A stretch of DNA of 63,600 nt, counting the filler, from Saprolegnia diclina VS20 (lineage: Eukaryota), in NCBI RefSeq assembly GCF_000281045.1. It is 6 parts of 3 records of this genome, joined end to end, with 100 filler letters (N's around TTAATTAATTAA, not from the genome) between each part and the next. Parts side by side here need not be neighbours in the genome. Positions count along the whole stretch, not along the records: positions 1 to 25,020 come from NW_008246073.1; 5 more parts are not named here. One strand, written 5' to 3'. A program made the translations under genes and the position numbers. Under the pieces are notes generated by a model. The model did no database searches, was not told the origin of the DNA, and saw only the letters and a program-made list of their open reading frames with translations. Below are positions 12,837-25,076 of this stretch, piece after piece. Each line of letters opens with the position of its first letter. Within the stretch, counting starts at the first letter, position 1.

Positions 12837-13158
12837 CGCCGCCCCGCTCGGCCCAAAGATCCCTCGTTACAAGCACTTGCGTGTTACAAGCGCGAACCGG
12901 TTCGAATCGATTGAACCGGTGCTTGGCGGTGCCGCCACGTCAGCGTTCAAACGACTTGACACCATGCGAGATAGCATTGCTGCTGCAGCAGTGCAATGTG
13001 TAGCGGTGACCACGATGCTATCGTCATTGACAAGGCTCGGTCCAACCCACTGGACGTCAACATGAAGGTCTTATTGGTGTTTCTTAGTGTACTGTACAAG
13101 GATGACGGGCGGTTTACGAACGCAATAACGTGACTAAATAAGTGCATCGGGTGACCCG

Positions 13159-13758
13159 TCATAGCACGAACGATGCGCCGTCGGCGTGGCTCCAGCTCAT
13201 GTCACCGCAAGTAAGCAACACGTCCAAGATGGACGCATCCAAGTCATCGCCCGATAGGGGCAGCGCCATCTCGGAGCTCGTACCATCGTCGCTCATGGCC
13301 ACGTCGCTCATGGCCACGTCGCTGCAACAGCCTTGGTTGGTGCTGTCCGAGGGCGATGTCGGTGCGTTCTCGCGCTTGATGTACATGCGGTGGCGCCAGC
13401 AGTGACCACCAGCCCGCGCAGGCGTCGCGCAGCCCGGGTACAGGCAGTGCTTGCTACCGCCGTGGCGAATGCACCGGTTGTGGATCTGGATCACTTTGGT
13501 GCAGCCGGGGTGGTGGCAGAGCTTCTTGTGTTTGCTGTGGCGGCAGCAAAAGTCGCCAAGACGCGCGTTGGTTGAGCACCCGGGGTGTGCGCACGGGTGG
13601 CGGCCACCGTGGCGCACACAGAGACTCCGCGCATAGACTTGGTTGCGGCAGTTGCTGATGCGGCAAAGGCCGCGGTTGCGGTGGAAGTGGCACTTGACCG
13701 AGCCTTCCATTGGCTTGCTCGTGCAGCCATGAAAGTAGCACAAGGCGGTGGTTTCCAT
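13159..13758 (-). CDS. Family A copy 1: WRKY19-like Cys/His zinc-finger repeat protein
   Basis: Five CxxxxC...CxxH units including CRNQVYARSLCVRHGG; tail LDASILDVLL; 199 aa. Confidence 0.9.
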   Translation of the reverse strand: METTALCYFHGCTSKPMEGSVKCHFHRNRGLCRISNCRNQVYARSLCVRHGGRHPCAHPGCSTNARLGDFCCRHSKHKKLCHHPGCTKVIQIHNRCIRHGGSKHCLYPGCATPARAGGHCWRHRMYIKRENAPTSPSDSTNQGCCSDVAMSDVAMSDDGTSSEMALPLSGDDLDASILDVLLTCGDMSWSHADGASFVL

Positions 13759-15120
13759 ACTGTCAAACTGTGTTGAAATTTGATTCTGAGCTCATCGGCT
13801 TGGGGATGCGGGCGCTTGGCCCAAATTTCCTACCGCGCGTGACAAACCAAAGCTCTGGTCGCTCCTGTGATGGCGATGGTGTGGGGGGTATGACACTGCC
13901 ACAGCAGATGCAAGCCGTAGAGTCGCGCAACCTGCGTACTTTCTAATAATCGGGCTCGCGGATTGGTGCAATCTCATTTCGGTCCGATGGGCGGTGCCAC
14001 AGTTGTCACGCGCCAGCCGGCGCCGCGCGACGCAAGAAGGGCTGCAAGAAGGGTGCTGTGGAATAGAGAACGCAGATGACCGTCCTAACACTAATGTGCA
14101 AATGTATTGATGCGAATCGAGCCGATAGCATGCTTCTATAATTTCGCTGCACTTGACCTTTCTTTTGGCTATGCGCCGCGACATCCCAACACAGCGAATG
14201 CGGAACGTGGGTGTTTGGAATGGCACATACACGTCACTTGGGTCGGCTGCTCGTAACAGGTGCAGCAACGGTGCTTTCCACCTCCTTAACAATTACCACC
14301 GCCTAGTCTTTGTATACTGACTTGGCAAATGCGAGGAGCCGTTCTGATGAATTTCAGAGAGCCAGAAAGACCATCATTCCTTTTGGCAGTGGACACGATG
14401 AAAATTCACGGGTTATGAACGTACGCGTTCGCGATGTCTCGTCAGTCGCAAGCTCTAGCTACGAACGCTCGGCGGCGTTTCGAATGTCGACTAGTTTCGC
14501 TGCATACCGGTAAGAATACACCCATTTCCAGCTTATACAATGGCAGGTGTGCGTAGTCCGGATGAATCCTAGTGTGCAAGTGCAGAATCATCGTCAACAA
14601 TATGGCTTCTGTCTTTTGAAGCGTTGCCATTCGGGGATCGAACGGTCTCCATGATAGACCATTTAACGTTACCCGTTCTTGACACTGTGCCAACACGACT
14701 GAAGTGACGCCTCGCGTCTGCGACTGCTACAGTCCATGCGCGAGATAGCCCTGACATGCACTGACATTGGTACAGACAATTTATTAAACGATTCAACAAA
14801 CGCGTCCTACACGGTAGCAATCGATGGCTACGCGACTTCAGTTTTTTTCCTTTGCATTTGCCAACGTCTGTTGGGCGTCGTCCAGACGCGGTGCTACGTG
14901 CGAATTGTACGGGTACACCATTTCAGTGTATTACAGGACGAGCCAAGTGCGCAGTCGAATGTCTATACGACATGGGCTCTTACCTCCGATCACGCCACCA
15001 CCGTCGTCAAAGTGTCTGGACTCATCTTGCATACTACCGTTAGTATGATCAGAAGTGCGTGTGCATGGGCAGAGTATACGGTGGTGCAAACATAAAACCA
15101 ACGCATCGATTACTAGAGAT

Positions 15121-15741
15121 TCATGCGACCGTCACGTGTGCGTCGGGCGAGCCAATCGTGAGGCTGTCGCATCGCAGCAGCACGTCCAAGATCGACGCAT
15201 CCAAATCTTCGGGGCTCGAGCTCAACGCGCTCTCCACATCGCTGGCTGCGATCGCGTCGAAAAGGCCCTGGTCCCAGAGCGCAGTGTCGTTGCTGTTGGC
15301 GTCACATGGGATCGCCTTTGTCGCGTTGGCAACGTCTTTGGGGTGCTTGATGTGCTTGCGATGACGCCAGCAGTAGCCGCCGCACCGCGCAGGCGTCGCG
15401 CAGCCTTCGTACTGGCAGTGCTTGCTGCCGCCGTGGCGAATGCACAAGTTGTTGATCTGGATCACCTTGGTGCAGCCGGGATGGTGGCAGAGCTTCTTCA
15501 TGTTGCTGTGGCGGCAACAATACTGACCGAGGCGCGCGTTGGTTGAGCACCCGGGGTGCGCGCACGGGTGGCGGCCACCGTGGCGCACACAGAGACTCCG
15601 CGCGTAGACTTGGTTGCGGCAGTTGCCAATGCGGCAAAGACCGCGGTTGCGGTGAAAATGGCACTTGACCGAGCCCTCCACCGGCTTGCTCGTGCAGCCG
15701 TGAAAGAAGCACGTCGTATCGTCGAAAGGTGTCGTGCTCAT
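15121..15741 (-). CDS. Family A copy 2: WRKY19-like zinc-finger repeat protein
   Basis: Close paralog of copy 1; likely start MSTTPFDD; tail LDASILDVLL. Confidence 0.9.
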   Translation of the reverse strand: MSTTPFDDTTCFFHGCTSKPVEGSVKCHFHRNRGLCRIGNCRNQVYARSLCVRHGGRHPCAHPGCSTNARLGQYCCRHSNMKKLCHHPGCTKVIQINNLCIRHGGSKHCQYEGCATPARCGGYCWRHRKHIKHPKDVANATKAIPCDANSNDTALWDQGLFDAIAASDVESALSSSPEDLDASILDVLLRCDSLTIGSPDAHVTVA

Positions 15742-17075
15742 GATGGTGAGAAGGAGGAAAATTGGCATGTGATCGTCCAGCGCCGTCCATCGCCGCCATT
15801 TCAAACAATTGTGACTCACTGTAGTAGGACTTTACTCTAGTCCACAAGGGCGGCAAGGGTATGACACAAAAGACAGACGTTTCTCGCCCATAAAGGAATG
15901 ATCGCATCTGATTGGTCGTCAATGACGGCGACCTTGGCGGGTAAACCGCAATTGCACGCAACATGCTCAACACCTGAGGAAACAAGAAGCTTTCAGCAAC
16001 GATAATATATTGGTACTTCCTTTGGAGACACAGGCCGAGCAAGAGGTTGCAGCATGACGAACGATGGCGATAGACGCAGCACGCCGTGTGATCGTTATAT
16101 TCACACCAAAATGTTTTTAAAAATGCTGAATTTTATTCCGCAATGTCACGGATCAACATTCCGTGTGACCAGCATTCGTACTGGACAGGATCCAAGCGCG
16201 GCAGACTGTACCTTTTTGCTAGCAAGTTACTCAACACATGCGCCAACGCAAGTCGACACAAATACTGTATATATCTGCTTACTTGTTTAGCGCATGCGAT
16301 GATCTATGCCTACAACCGTGAAAGTAAATTGAAACCTTCGCGGAGGCAGGTGCATATTGAGACGGCTCACCTGACAACGATCTGGAGCACATGCCAACGC
16401 ACCGTGGCCGGAATTGAAACATGTTTAAAATGCTTTGTCATAGCCATGGTTGCCACTAGTGCCAAGTCGATTACCGGTAGTGCAAAGATCGTGTAGTGTT
16501 GCACTCGACCATACAATGAGGTGGCGTGGACGGCGTCACAGTGAGCACCTAGCGAGGCTTGGAGGCTTGGCGACTCGACGCAACGCCAAGAAACGCTCCA
16601 TCTATACAGGCAAACAAATGGCAGTGACATATGCAGCACCATCTCTCAGTAGCTTTAGTGCGCTCAGAGCGGTTCGAGTGAACGACAGCGTTTCTTCTAC
16701 GCTAAAATACAACGGATGCGACAAAGGCGTGCCAATGCTGCTGTGTCTAGGGTACCGAAGCACCAGGAATGGACAAGAACTCAATCGCTGGATGACTTGT
16801 TGCCGTTCACTCTCTCAACGTTCTTTGAAGCTCTCGAATCATCGTGCTGTGTGACGAATCGCTAGACCCGATATTTCTAAACCAGTAAGGTCTCGCGATC
16901 TTTGCAAAAGCGCAAATGGGTTCTGAGATCACCTCTCCGTACAACAAGGAATGTGCTAACGTTAGAGATAGGAAGCATGGCTTTGCTGTCATCAACCATC
17001 AATCTCATGCCCATGTGTCGAGTCTGTTGGCTATAGTGCAAGGCCAATAAAATTATGTAAACTGTGTCAAGCTGA

Positions 17076-17188
17076 ACTGTTTTTGGAGGTGAACTTTCGA
17101 CTCGGGGCGTGTTGTGACTGACGGCAGCAGCGGCAAGGCGTAGCCGTCTCGAAAGCGAGGCGTGGATCACGCAAGCCGGAACGAGGTC
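17076..17188. repeat. Dispersed repeat, also at 58314-58428
   Basis: aactg..ttgg.ggtg.actttcga.tc.g.gcgtgttgtg..gacggcagcagcggc.aggc.tagccgt...gcaagccgg.acgaggt is shared in the same orientation. Confidence 0.75.
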
Positions 17189-17498
17189 AAGAGTCGTGGC
17201 AAAGGGCGTTCATCATTTTGAAGAGACACAGTGCTTGGGTATTCAGCAAAAAATGTTGAAGATGCAGCTTCGTCAAGTACGCGGCGCGAGTAGTGACCCG
17301 CTTCGGGCGTCACGACGGGCGCCTCGGGATGGAAGACTCGATCGTTTCGAGCTAGCCAGATGGTGTGGAGTACGCAAGCGCGTAGAATCGATCACATCNN
17401 NNNNNNNNNNNNNNNNNNNNNNNNNNNNNNNNNNNNNNNNNNNNNNNNNNNNNNNNNNNNNNNNNNNNNNNNNNNNNNNNNNNNNNNNNNNNNNNNNN

Positions 17499-17932
17499 AA
17501 GCCATCAGCCCCACCTCATCAACCAAGCACAGCTTGTTTTCGTTATCACCATACATGTAGCTTTTCGCTTTGCGAATGCCTTGAGTTTGCAATATGTGAG
17601 GACCAACAAGAGAATCTTGGCGCCCACCAGCCGTGTTTGGTAACGTTGGTGGTGCTGTGGGCTGTGTCCCAATTTCGTTTCTCGAACTCCGAGCACGCTC
17701 GTTTTGGGGCCAACACGAGCATTTTGGCGCCGGCCAGCCTCTGGAGTGGCGTGGTTGGGAACGCTTTTCATCGAGAGGCCACGGGCGCAAAAGATACGAT
17801 TCTCGTCCGTGTCTTGGCCACGATCACTTGTCTTCTATTCTTCGATACACCCTTCTCACTGGCACGTCGTTTTGCACAAAAACTGTTTCCACTTCTTGGA
17901 ATCGTCCCGTCCCTTAACGAAACGCTTCTCAC
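17499..17932. repeat. Repeat shared with 24087-24530 and 25362-25618 (distal flank of the family-A duplication unit)
   Basis: aagccatcagccccacctcatcaaccaagc...aaactgtttccacttcttggaatcgtcc is near-identical among copies. Confidence 0.9.
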
Positions 17933-18991
17933 ACTCCCAGGACGGCCTCCAGATCGGCTCGGCGACGCACGTCGTGAGCTGCTTTGCCGACGACTCTCAG
18001 CTATTCGCAACTAACGAAGCCGCTCTTCAGCGCCAGCTCGCGCTCGTAGACCACTTCTGCAGCCTCTCCGGATTCAAGCTCAACCGAGACAAGACCCAAG
18101 TCCTCACACACTCGCCGTTGCCCAACCTGCCGACGTTGCAGCTCGTTCAGCCGTCGCAGCCGACCAAGGCACTTGGCATCTTCGTAGCTCCGAACCTGCC
18201 GCGCAGCGCACGCTGCGACTACGCACTGCGCCGCCTTCGCGACCGGCTGCTCCTTTGGCGACACAAGTCGACGACCTTGGCCGGCAAGGCCATCATCCTA
18301 CAAGCCGTCTGCCTGCCGGTACTCTGGTACCAGCTCGCGTGGGTCGCGCCGGACAGCGAGACGGCCGACTGCATGATAAAATGATCCTCCAGTTCATCAA
18401 CGGCGAACCGCCGGTCATCGGCGAGGGTGCACAAGGACACTGGCTGCTCTACCAAAGCACCGTCTTCGCGCCGAAATATCACGCCGGCCTCGGCTTCGGC
18501 CTCAAGTCCGCGTTCTTCACGTGGTCCGCGCGACACCGCGGCCACTCACTCCGGTTCTTGCAAGCCGTGCTTACGACGTCCCCGGACCCAGCCTGGTCGT
18601 CGCCAAGTATAGCCGTCATCGCCAACGCCTACGCGCCGTGGGGTTTGTCGACCTCGCATTTGCCGACCTCGCCTTTGCGACCCGACGCTCCCCAGGATAT
18701 GGCGGTTGCTCACGTCATCGGCAGTGCCCAACCGGTTCCAGTTCATGCTCGCTCACCTGCTGGTTCGACATGCGCGTGGGGCCCAGCACGCTCCAGGCGC
18801 CGTCGCCGCTGGTCCACGCACAATCGCTCTAGTCCAACCAGTTTCTTCCTTTAGATAGAGGTAGTTTCGTAGAAAAGACCACACGATGGCACACTCGGTA
18901 CAGACGAACGATGGCCACGATCGGGATCACCCACGCTCAGCACGTCCACGCCTTGATGCTCACAGACGCCCCGACGGAGACGCTCGCGACA
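17933..18991 (+). mobile_element. Decayed L1-like retrotransposon fragment (RT C-terminal half)
   Basis: SCFADDSQLF, FCSLSGFKLNRDKT, KALGI, TLAGKAIILQAVCLPVLWY, PKYHAGLG; frameshifts and stops; begins at a sharp junction with the preceding repeat. Confidence 0.85.
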
Positions 18992-19091
18992 NNNNNNNNN
19001 NNNNNNNNNNNNNNNNNNNNNNNNNNNNNNNNNNNNNNNNNNNNNNNNNNNNNNNNNNNNNNNNNNNNNNNNNNNNNNNNNNNNNNNNNNN

Positions 19092-19671
19092 ACGCACTCC
19101 GAGCTCGTGTCTTCGAGTCGCTCGTGCAGCAACACGGCGAGTGCGCTGTCCTCGACCCGGTGCGCCACATGACCTCGCTTGCGGGGGTCGCGTACTTTGA
19201 TGGCGCGGCTCGGAAAGACCCGCATTGTGGCGGTAGTGGCTCGCTCGTCTTTTTGACCGAGCCGCCCCAGAGCGCGGTGTACCAAACCAACTACCTTGAT
19301 ACCGCGACAACGAACAACGAGGCCTCACGGCCCTTCAGTTAGCTCAGCGACTGGCAGTGACGCATCTCACGGTGCGCGGCGACAGCATGCTGCTGATGCA
19401 GCAGATGAAGGGCATCTACCGGGTCCAAGAGGCCCGTTTGCAGAAGCTGCATGTCCAGGCGCGGGAGCTCGCGGCATGTTTTACGTGCACATGGGAACAC
19501 CACCCTCGCGAGTTCAACCAAGCCACGGACCATTTGTCCAAGCTCGCACCCGACGACTGCACCTCGTACGCGCATCCCGACGACGGACGGCACGATGTAC
19601 TGCCGGCCGAGGAACTCCTGCGCGTTGAAGAGCTTTTGGCCGCCGACGTTCAACACACAACTAGTACGTAA
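19092..19671 (+). pseudogene. Retroelement-type (archaeal/plant-like) RNase HI domain, frameshifted
   Basis: YFDGAARKDPHCGGSG, TTNNEA, then in another frame VRGDSMLLMQQMKGIYRV and HHPREFNQATDHLS. Confidence 0.85.
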
Positions 19672-19738
19672 GTTTTAGTAGGTGGAGTCTTTAGTCTGTA
19701 TAAAGATTTCAATCCATATCATATCATATCATCTTGAT

Positions 19739-21416
19739 CTAGGCCGGCGGAGGCAGGAGCGCGATCCGCGGGGCAAGGTGCTGGCGCGGCCACTCGTGTT
19801 GAGCGAGGAGCCGGAGAAGGCGACAGAGAGCTATCTGTCCGGGATTTTGAACGAGGCTGTGGTGCAAGTGCATTTGAGCGACACGCGCCGCTTTGACGGC
19901 AATCGTCCATGGACTTGGCAGTGGGAGGTCGGCGCGAAAGACGCGATCGTTGCGGACGCGCCAGACGTTGAACCAGACGCAGGCGCGGAGCACTGGCCAG
20001 AGGTAGCGGAACGCGGCTCGGTGCATGTCGGAGGCCGTCTTCGGCGTCGAGTAGAGGTAGCCTGAGAGTGTCGTCGGCAAGGCTGAACACCCAAGGGGGC
20101 CATGACCGCATGGAGAGTGCTCCACACGTCCTTGATGAAGTCGCAGTCTACGATGAAGTGGCGGTACGTCTCGTGCTCGGGGCAAAAGAGGCAGCTTGGT
20201 AGGGTAAGATGGCGTCGGGTAGTCGGAGCGCGGCAGCGGAGGCGACGGCTGAAAGCGGCTGTGTGAAAGTCGTCGTCGACGTCCAAATGGCGGATCGGGA
20301 GCTGGAAGTGTGTCCTTGGCGGGACACGGCTGCGGCGGGCTTCGGCCGGTGTCATTTGGGTAAACAGCTTTGTCGCGTTGTGCAGGCGAACCAGCCATGG
20401 CGGCTTAAGAGCCGAGCTTGGCAGCGGGCCACACTAGAAGGCGTCGACCGTCGTTGCAAGCCAGCCAAGCCACTGGACGTTCGGCGTCATGTGTGGTCCG
20501 AGGGCTCAGTTGCGGCACTTGTCGTTCACAGCTTGGATGTGGCGTTGAGTTTTTGTCGCGAGCGTCTCCGTCGGGGCGTCTGTGAGCATCGATCCCGATC
20601 GTGGCCATCGTTCGTCTGTACCGAGTGTGCCATCGTGTGGTCTTTTCTACGAAACTACCTCTATCTAAAGGAAGAAACTGGTTGGACTAGAGCGATTGTG
20701 CGTGGACCAGCGGCGACGGCGCCTGGAGCGTGCTGGGCCCCACGCGCATGTCGAACCAGTAGGTGAGCATGAACTGGAACCGGTTGGGTACTGCCGATGA
20801 CGTGAGCAGCCGCCATATCCTGGGGAGCGTCGGGTCGGCAAAGGCGAGGTCGGCAAAGGAGAGGTCGGCAAATGCGAGGTCGACAAACCCCACGGCGCGT
20901 AGGCGTTGGCGATGACGGCTATACTTGGCGACGACCAGGCTGGGTCCGGGGACGTCGAAGCACGGCTTGCAAGAACCGGAGCGAGTGGCCGCGGCGTCGC
21001 ACGGACCACGTGAAGAACGGGCTTGAGGCCGAAGCCGAGGCCGGCGTGATATTTCGGCGCGAAGACGATGCTTTGGTAGAGCAGCCAGTGTCCTTGTACA
21101 CCCTCGCCGATGACCGGCGGCTCGCCGTTGATGAGCTGGAGGATCTTTTTATCATGCAGTCGGCCGTCTCGCTGTCCGGCGCGACCCACGCAAGCTGGTA
21201 TCGGAGTACCGGTAGACAGACTGCTTGCAGTATCATGGCCTTGCCGGCCAAGGTCGTCAACTTGTCAGGCGCAGTCGGTCGCAAACGCGACGAAGTGCGA
21301 AGTCGAGCGTGCGCTGCGCGGCAGGTTCGGAGCTACGAGGATGCCAAGCGCCTTGGTCGGCTGTGAAGTTTGAACGAGCTGCAGCGTCAGCAGGTTGGGT
21401 AGCGGCGAGTGCGTGA
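19739..21416 (-). mobile_element. Second decayed copy of the same L1-like element, inverted, including the zf-RVT C-terminus
   Basis: 20554-21416 is the reverse complement of about 18104-18991; continues to SCLFCPEHETYRHFIVDC and VWFNVWRVRNDRVF, stop at 19739. Confidence 0.88.
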
Positions 21417-21612
21417 AAGCGGTTGTAGAGGTTGCAGAGAAAGCAAACGGCAAAGTTGACACCAAGCACCAGCAGGCGGCGGTACACCACCAATGACGGC
21501 AAGGCACAGGAGATATTCGACCTCAGGAACGCCCTGCAATGAAGAGTAACACGAAATAGTACAAACAAAACATAGAAACATGTTGTCAACTGGAAATAGT
21601 TGTTGTCGCTCA

Positions 21613-22182
21613 CTAAAGTTGAACTTCATGCAATGGCTCAAAGTAGGCTTCCAGCATTGGATCACTTTGGAAGGCTGCATCGTCGGTCTCCGCGAGGAGC
21701 GTCATTAGAATCGAGCAATCGATGGCTTCGAGCGTACTATAGGTGCATGCATACTCCACGGGCGACCGCGTTGGCGAGGTCTCGGGAGTGCTGACTTTTG
21801 CCATGCCGGGCGTGCGGTGGCGCCAGCAAAACCCACCGGCACGCGCATGGGTTTCACAATGGTCCTTGCAGCAGCGCCGCCCGCCGCCGTGGCGAATGCA
21901 CTTGCCTTTAGTGTGCTGGATGTTGGCACACCCAGGCTCGCGACAAAGCTTCTTCCCCGATTTGGGCCCATGGCGGCAGCAGTACGAGCCAATGCGAGCA
22001 TTTGCCGAGCAGCCCGCATGGATGCAAGGCCGGCGGCCGCCGTGCGCGACGCAAAGCTGACGAGCATACACTTGGTTGCGACAGAAAGGCACCTTGCAGA
22101 GGCTACGGCTCTTGTGGAACTCGCACTTGGTCGAGTTGAGCAGACGTTGTCGAAAGCAGCCCTCAAACATGCAAGACGACAT
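21613..22182 (-). CDS. Family A copy 3: WRKY19-like zinc-finger repeat protein
   Basis: MSSCMFEGC...CRNQVYARQLCVAHGG...CWRHR; tail IDCSILMTLL; 189 aa. Confidence 0.9.
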   Translation of the reverse strand: MSSCMFEGCFRQRLLNSTKCEFHKSRSLCKVPFCRNQVYARQLCVAHGGRRPCIHAGCSANARIGSYCCRHGPKSGKKLCREPGCANIQHTKGKCIRHGGGRRCCKDHCETHARAGGFCWRHRTPGMAKVSTPETSPTRSPVEYACTYSTLEAIDCSILMTLLAETDDAAFQSDPMLEAYFEPLHEVQL

Positions 22183-22216
22183 GATAGGCTAATTGGTCCG
22201 GGATGCGGCGGCGAAG

Positions 22217-22232
22217 GCGAATTGGGAAATGA
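22217..22232 (-). promoter_or_regulatory. Oomycete INR+FPR-like core promoter
   Basis: Minus strand TCATTTC-CC-AATTCGC, 35 nt upstream of the copy-3 ATG; close to YCAYTYY-NN-MWTTTNC. Confidence 0.6.
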
Positions 22233-24799
22233 GGGTACTGGGCTGGGTCGCCGGTTGTTGTATTGTGACAGCCAATGAAACGGCTGGTCCACACCAGAAT
22301 GTATGCTTGTTACGATAAAGACCATCTGGTTTCCGACTTCAAGTATTGCTCCTTACGTTTACCAAGACCAAAAGAGCCAACCGTGACCAAGCGAGTGACC
22401 TCGTGAGGAGGCAAACGAGTGTCCAAAAGAAAAAAACTTGCGTGTGCAATGCAACAAGACGCTGCTGGATGTCGCCGAGTGGCATCGAAAGGGCAACAAT
22501 CCAAATAATGGAAAGCTCCGGGCTACCGGCAAGTTTATGATCTAGAGACAGAGAAAGACTCCGTCGCGAAGGATTGTTACGCCTCGCAACGAGCCCACAG
22601 GGAGATGTGCGATAGAGCAATCTTCATCGACAACAGGGTATCAGGTCATGACGCAGCAGCCATCGATGCCAACTGATTCGACTCCACACCATTGATTGGC
22701 GTGTCAAGGGCGACGAGATGGGTTCGAAGAACGGCCATGAATCCCATTCCGGTGGCGAGAGCCTCAAGAACGTGGCATCGTCACGCTGCAGCTGCGCGTG
22801 TTGACCCGCCCCCCCGCCGTGATGCTGGCGTGTCAAGTCGGTACCAACAGCACCGCCCAGGTCACAAAAGCCATTTGTAGGGTAACTGAAAGCGATAGTA
22901 TACCCAATCAAATGAGTGGGTTCAGTAGGAACGGCATTAGTACATGAAAATAGTGCCACGGCTTCGTCTCCTTGCAGACAGGCGCCTTCTGAGACTATAA
23001 CACAAGTGCGTGTTACTTGTGATGTGCTGGAAAGTCGGGCTTTTCTTTTTTTGAACATGAATATTTTGCCCTGGCCACTCATTGTGCTGCTGGGTTGTCC
23101 TCAAGCAGACTGTGGAGATCGAGAGAGCTCGTCCGTCAACATTTTGGGAACCATTGTCTCCAGATGTACACCTCACTTGAGCGATGGCACGTTGCGTCCC
23201 CCGACGAATTTTTGTCGACCCTTCATCAATTCGTCACCAATTGCGTCGCGTCAACCTTGTCGACAGACTTCGGCTTCGGCTTGTGAGGTACTACTATTGA
23301 GCGCTGCAATTGTAGAGGTATGTTGCTCGCCAACATGACGTATGTCTACAAGGATCCTCGTAATAACATGGAGAATGAACGAACGAACAGTGAACACTCA
23401 TTTTGTCAAAGGTCCTCGCAGAGGATCAACGGCTCTGTGTCATTAGGTAGGTGTGTGGACCTGTACTGTACTGGGTCCGTTATTATCGGTACACCATCTC
23501 GACGACGACAGGCGACACTCGCCGGCGAACCACCATCTGTACCAATGATCAAGTACCGGTACCCCTTTTGTCCGCCAGAGAGCTAATATTATGGTACCAC
23601 TCATTTGGGTCCCATCAGTGTTGACAAAGGCCAATGGATAGTAGGATTCCACCCACAATTCCCCCCAAAGATGGCACAGTCGCCTGTTGAGCAGGGCTCA
23701 AGTGCGCAAGTTCTGAGCATCTTCTCTCGCCGCGTGACCATACAATGCCCCGCATTCCATGGTTTGCCGGTTGAATATGGCGCACAAGAGACCGCGGGTC
23801 AATGAGCGTTGGCATCGGGCTAAAACTCGACGATTTCGCCACGTAACGCAACGCTTGGGTTGGACAGCAGGTCGCTAAGACACCATGGCGCATCCCAAGA
23901 TGCATGGCACCAATCCTGAATATCACCCATTCACGTCCGCGCACAGTGCGAAGCTTACGCTGTCACTAGTATGTTCCACAACACAGCACAAGGGTGTTGT
24001 GACGGCCTTTTCGCGCCTGTCGACAAAACTTGATTCCCTACATTTAGCAGCTTGAGGTAGTATATCCTATAGCATCCGCATCATTTAAGCCATCAGCCCC
24101 ACCTCATCAACCAAGCATAGCTTGTTTTCGTTATCACCATACATGTAGCTTTTCGCTTTGCAAATACCGAGTTTGCAATAATGTGGGGACCAACAAGAGA
24201 ATCTTGGCGCCCACCAGCCGTTTTTGAAAACGTTGGTGGTGTTGTGGGCTGCAATGTCACAATATTTCGGTTCTCGAACTCCGAGCACGCTCGTTTTGGG
24301 GCCAACAAGAGCATTATGGCGCCGGCCAGCCTCTGAAGTGGCGTGGTCCGGAACGCTTTTCATTTTTTCATCGAGAGGCCACAGACGTAAAAGATACGGC
24401 TCTCGTCCGTGCCTTGGCCACGATCACTTGTCTTCGATTCTTCGATCGGCCTTCTCGCTGGCTCGTCGTTCTGCACAAAAACTGTTTCCACTTCTTGGAA
24501 TCGTCCGGTCCCTTAACGAAATGCTTCTCACGCGGCCATGGAGCTTGCTATCGCTGTTGCCAGATTGCGTAGCTGTGCGAGGGACGTGCGCGACGAACGC
24601 TATTTGCACGGCGAGGATCCACGACACAGAACGAGCCGAGCCTTCCCGAGGACGACTTGTGTCGATGCGAACCAAAGACATCCCAGTAGATACCGACATA
24701 CACAACGTCTAGTTTCACACAAAACCCATTGACACGAACAAAAATGGTACACTTTACACACGAGTTGCCAATACATGCACTAAATAATTGCTGTCGCCC

Positions 24800-25020
24800 C
24801 TAAATTTGAATTTCGAGCATTGCATCAAAGTAGGCTTCCAGTATGAGGTCGTTCTGGAACTCTACATCATCCGTCTCTGCTAAGAGCGCCGTTAGAATCG
24901 AGTGGTCGATGGCTTCAAACGTAGCGTGCGCGTCTTCGTCGTCGACAGGCGACCGCGCTGGTGAGGCCTCGGGAGTGCTGTCTTTCGCCATGCCGGGCGT
25001 GTGGTGGCGCCAGCAGAAGC
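24800..25020 (-). CDS. Family A copy 4, 3' part only (5' end lost at linker gap)
   Basis: FCWRHHTPGMAKDSTPEASP...IDHSILTALL...EIQI*, paralogous to the copy 3 C-terminus. Confidence 0.8.
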
Positions 25021-25064
25021 NNNNNNNNNNNNNNNNNNNNNNNNNNNNNNNNNNNNNNNNNNNN

Positions 25065-25076
25065 TTAATTAATTAA
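25065..25076. other. Artificial scaffolding linker TTAATTAATTAA (also 45164, 59209, 61221, 62529)
   Basis: Identical six-frame-stop 12-mer embedded in N runs at five positions. Confidence 0.95.
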
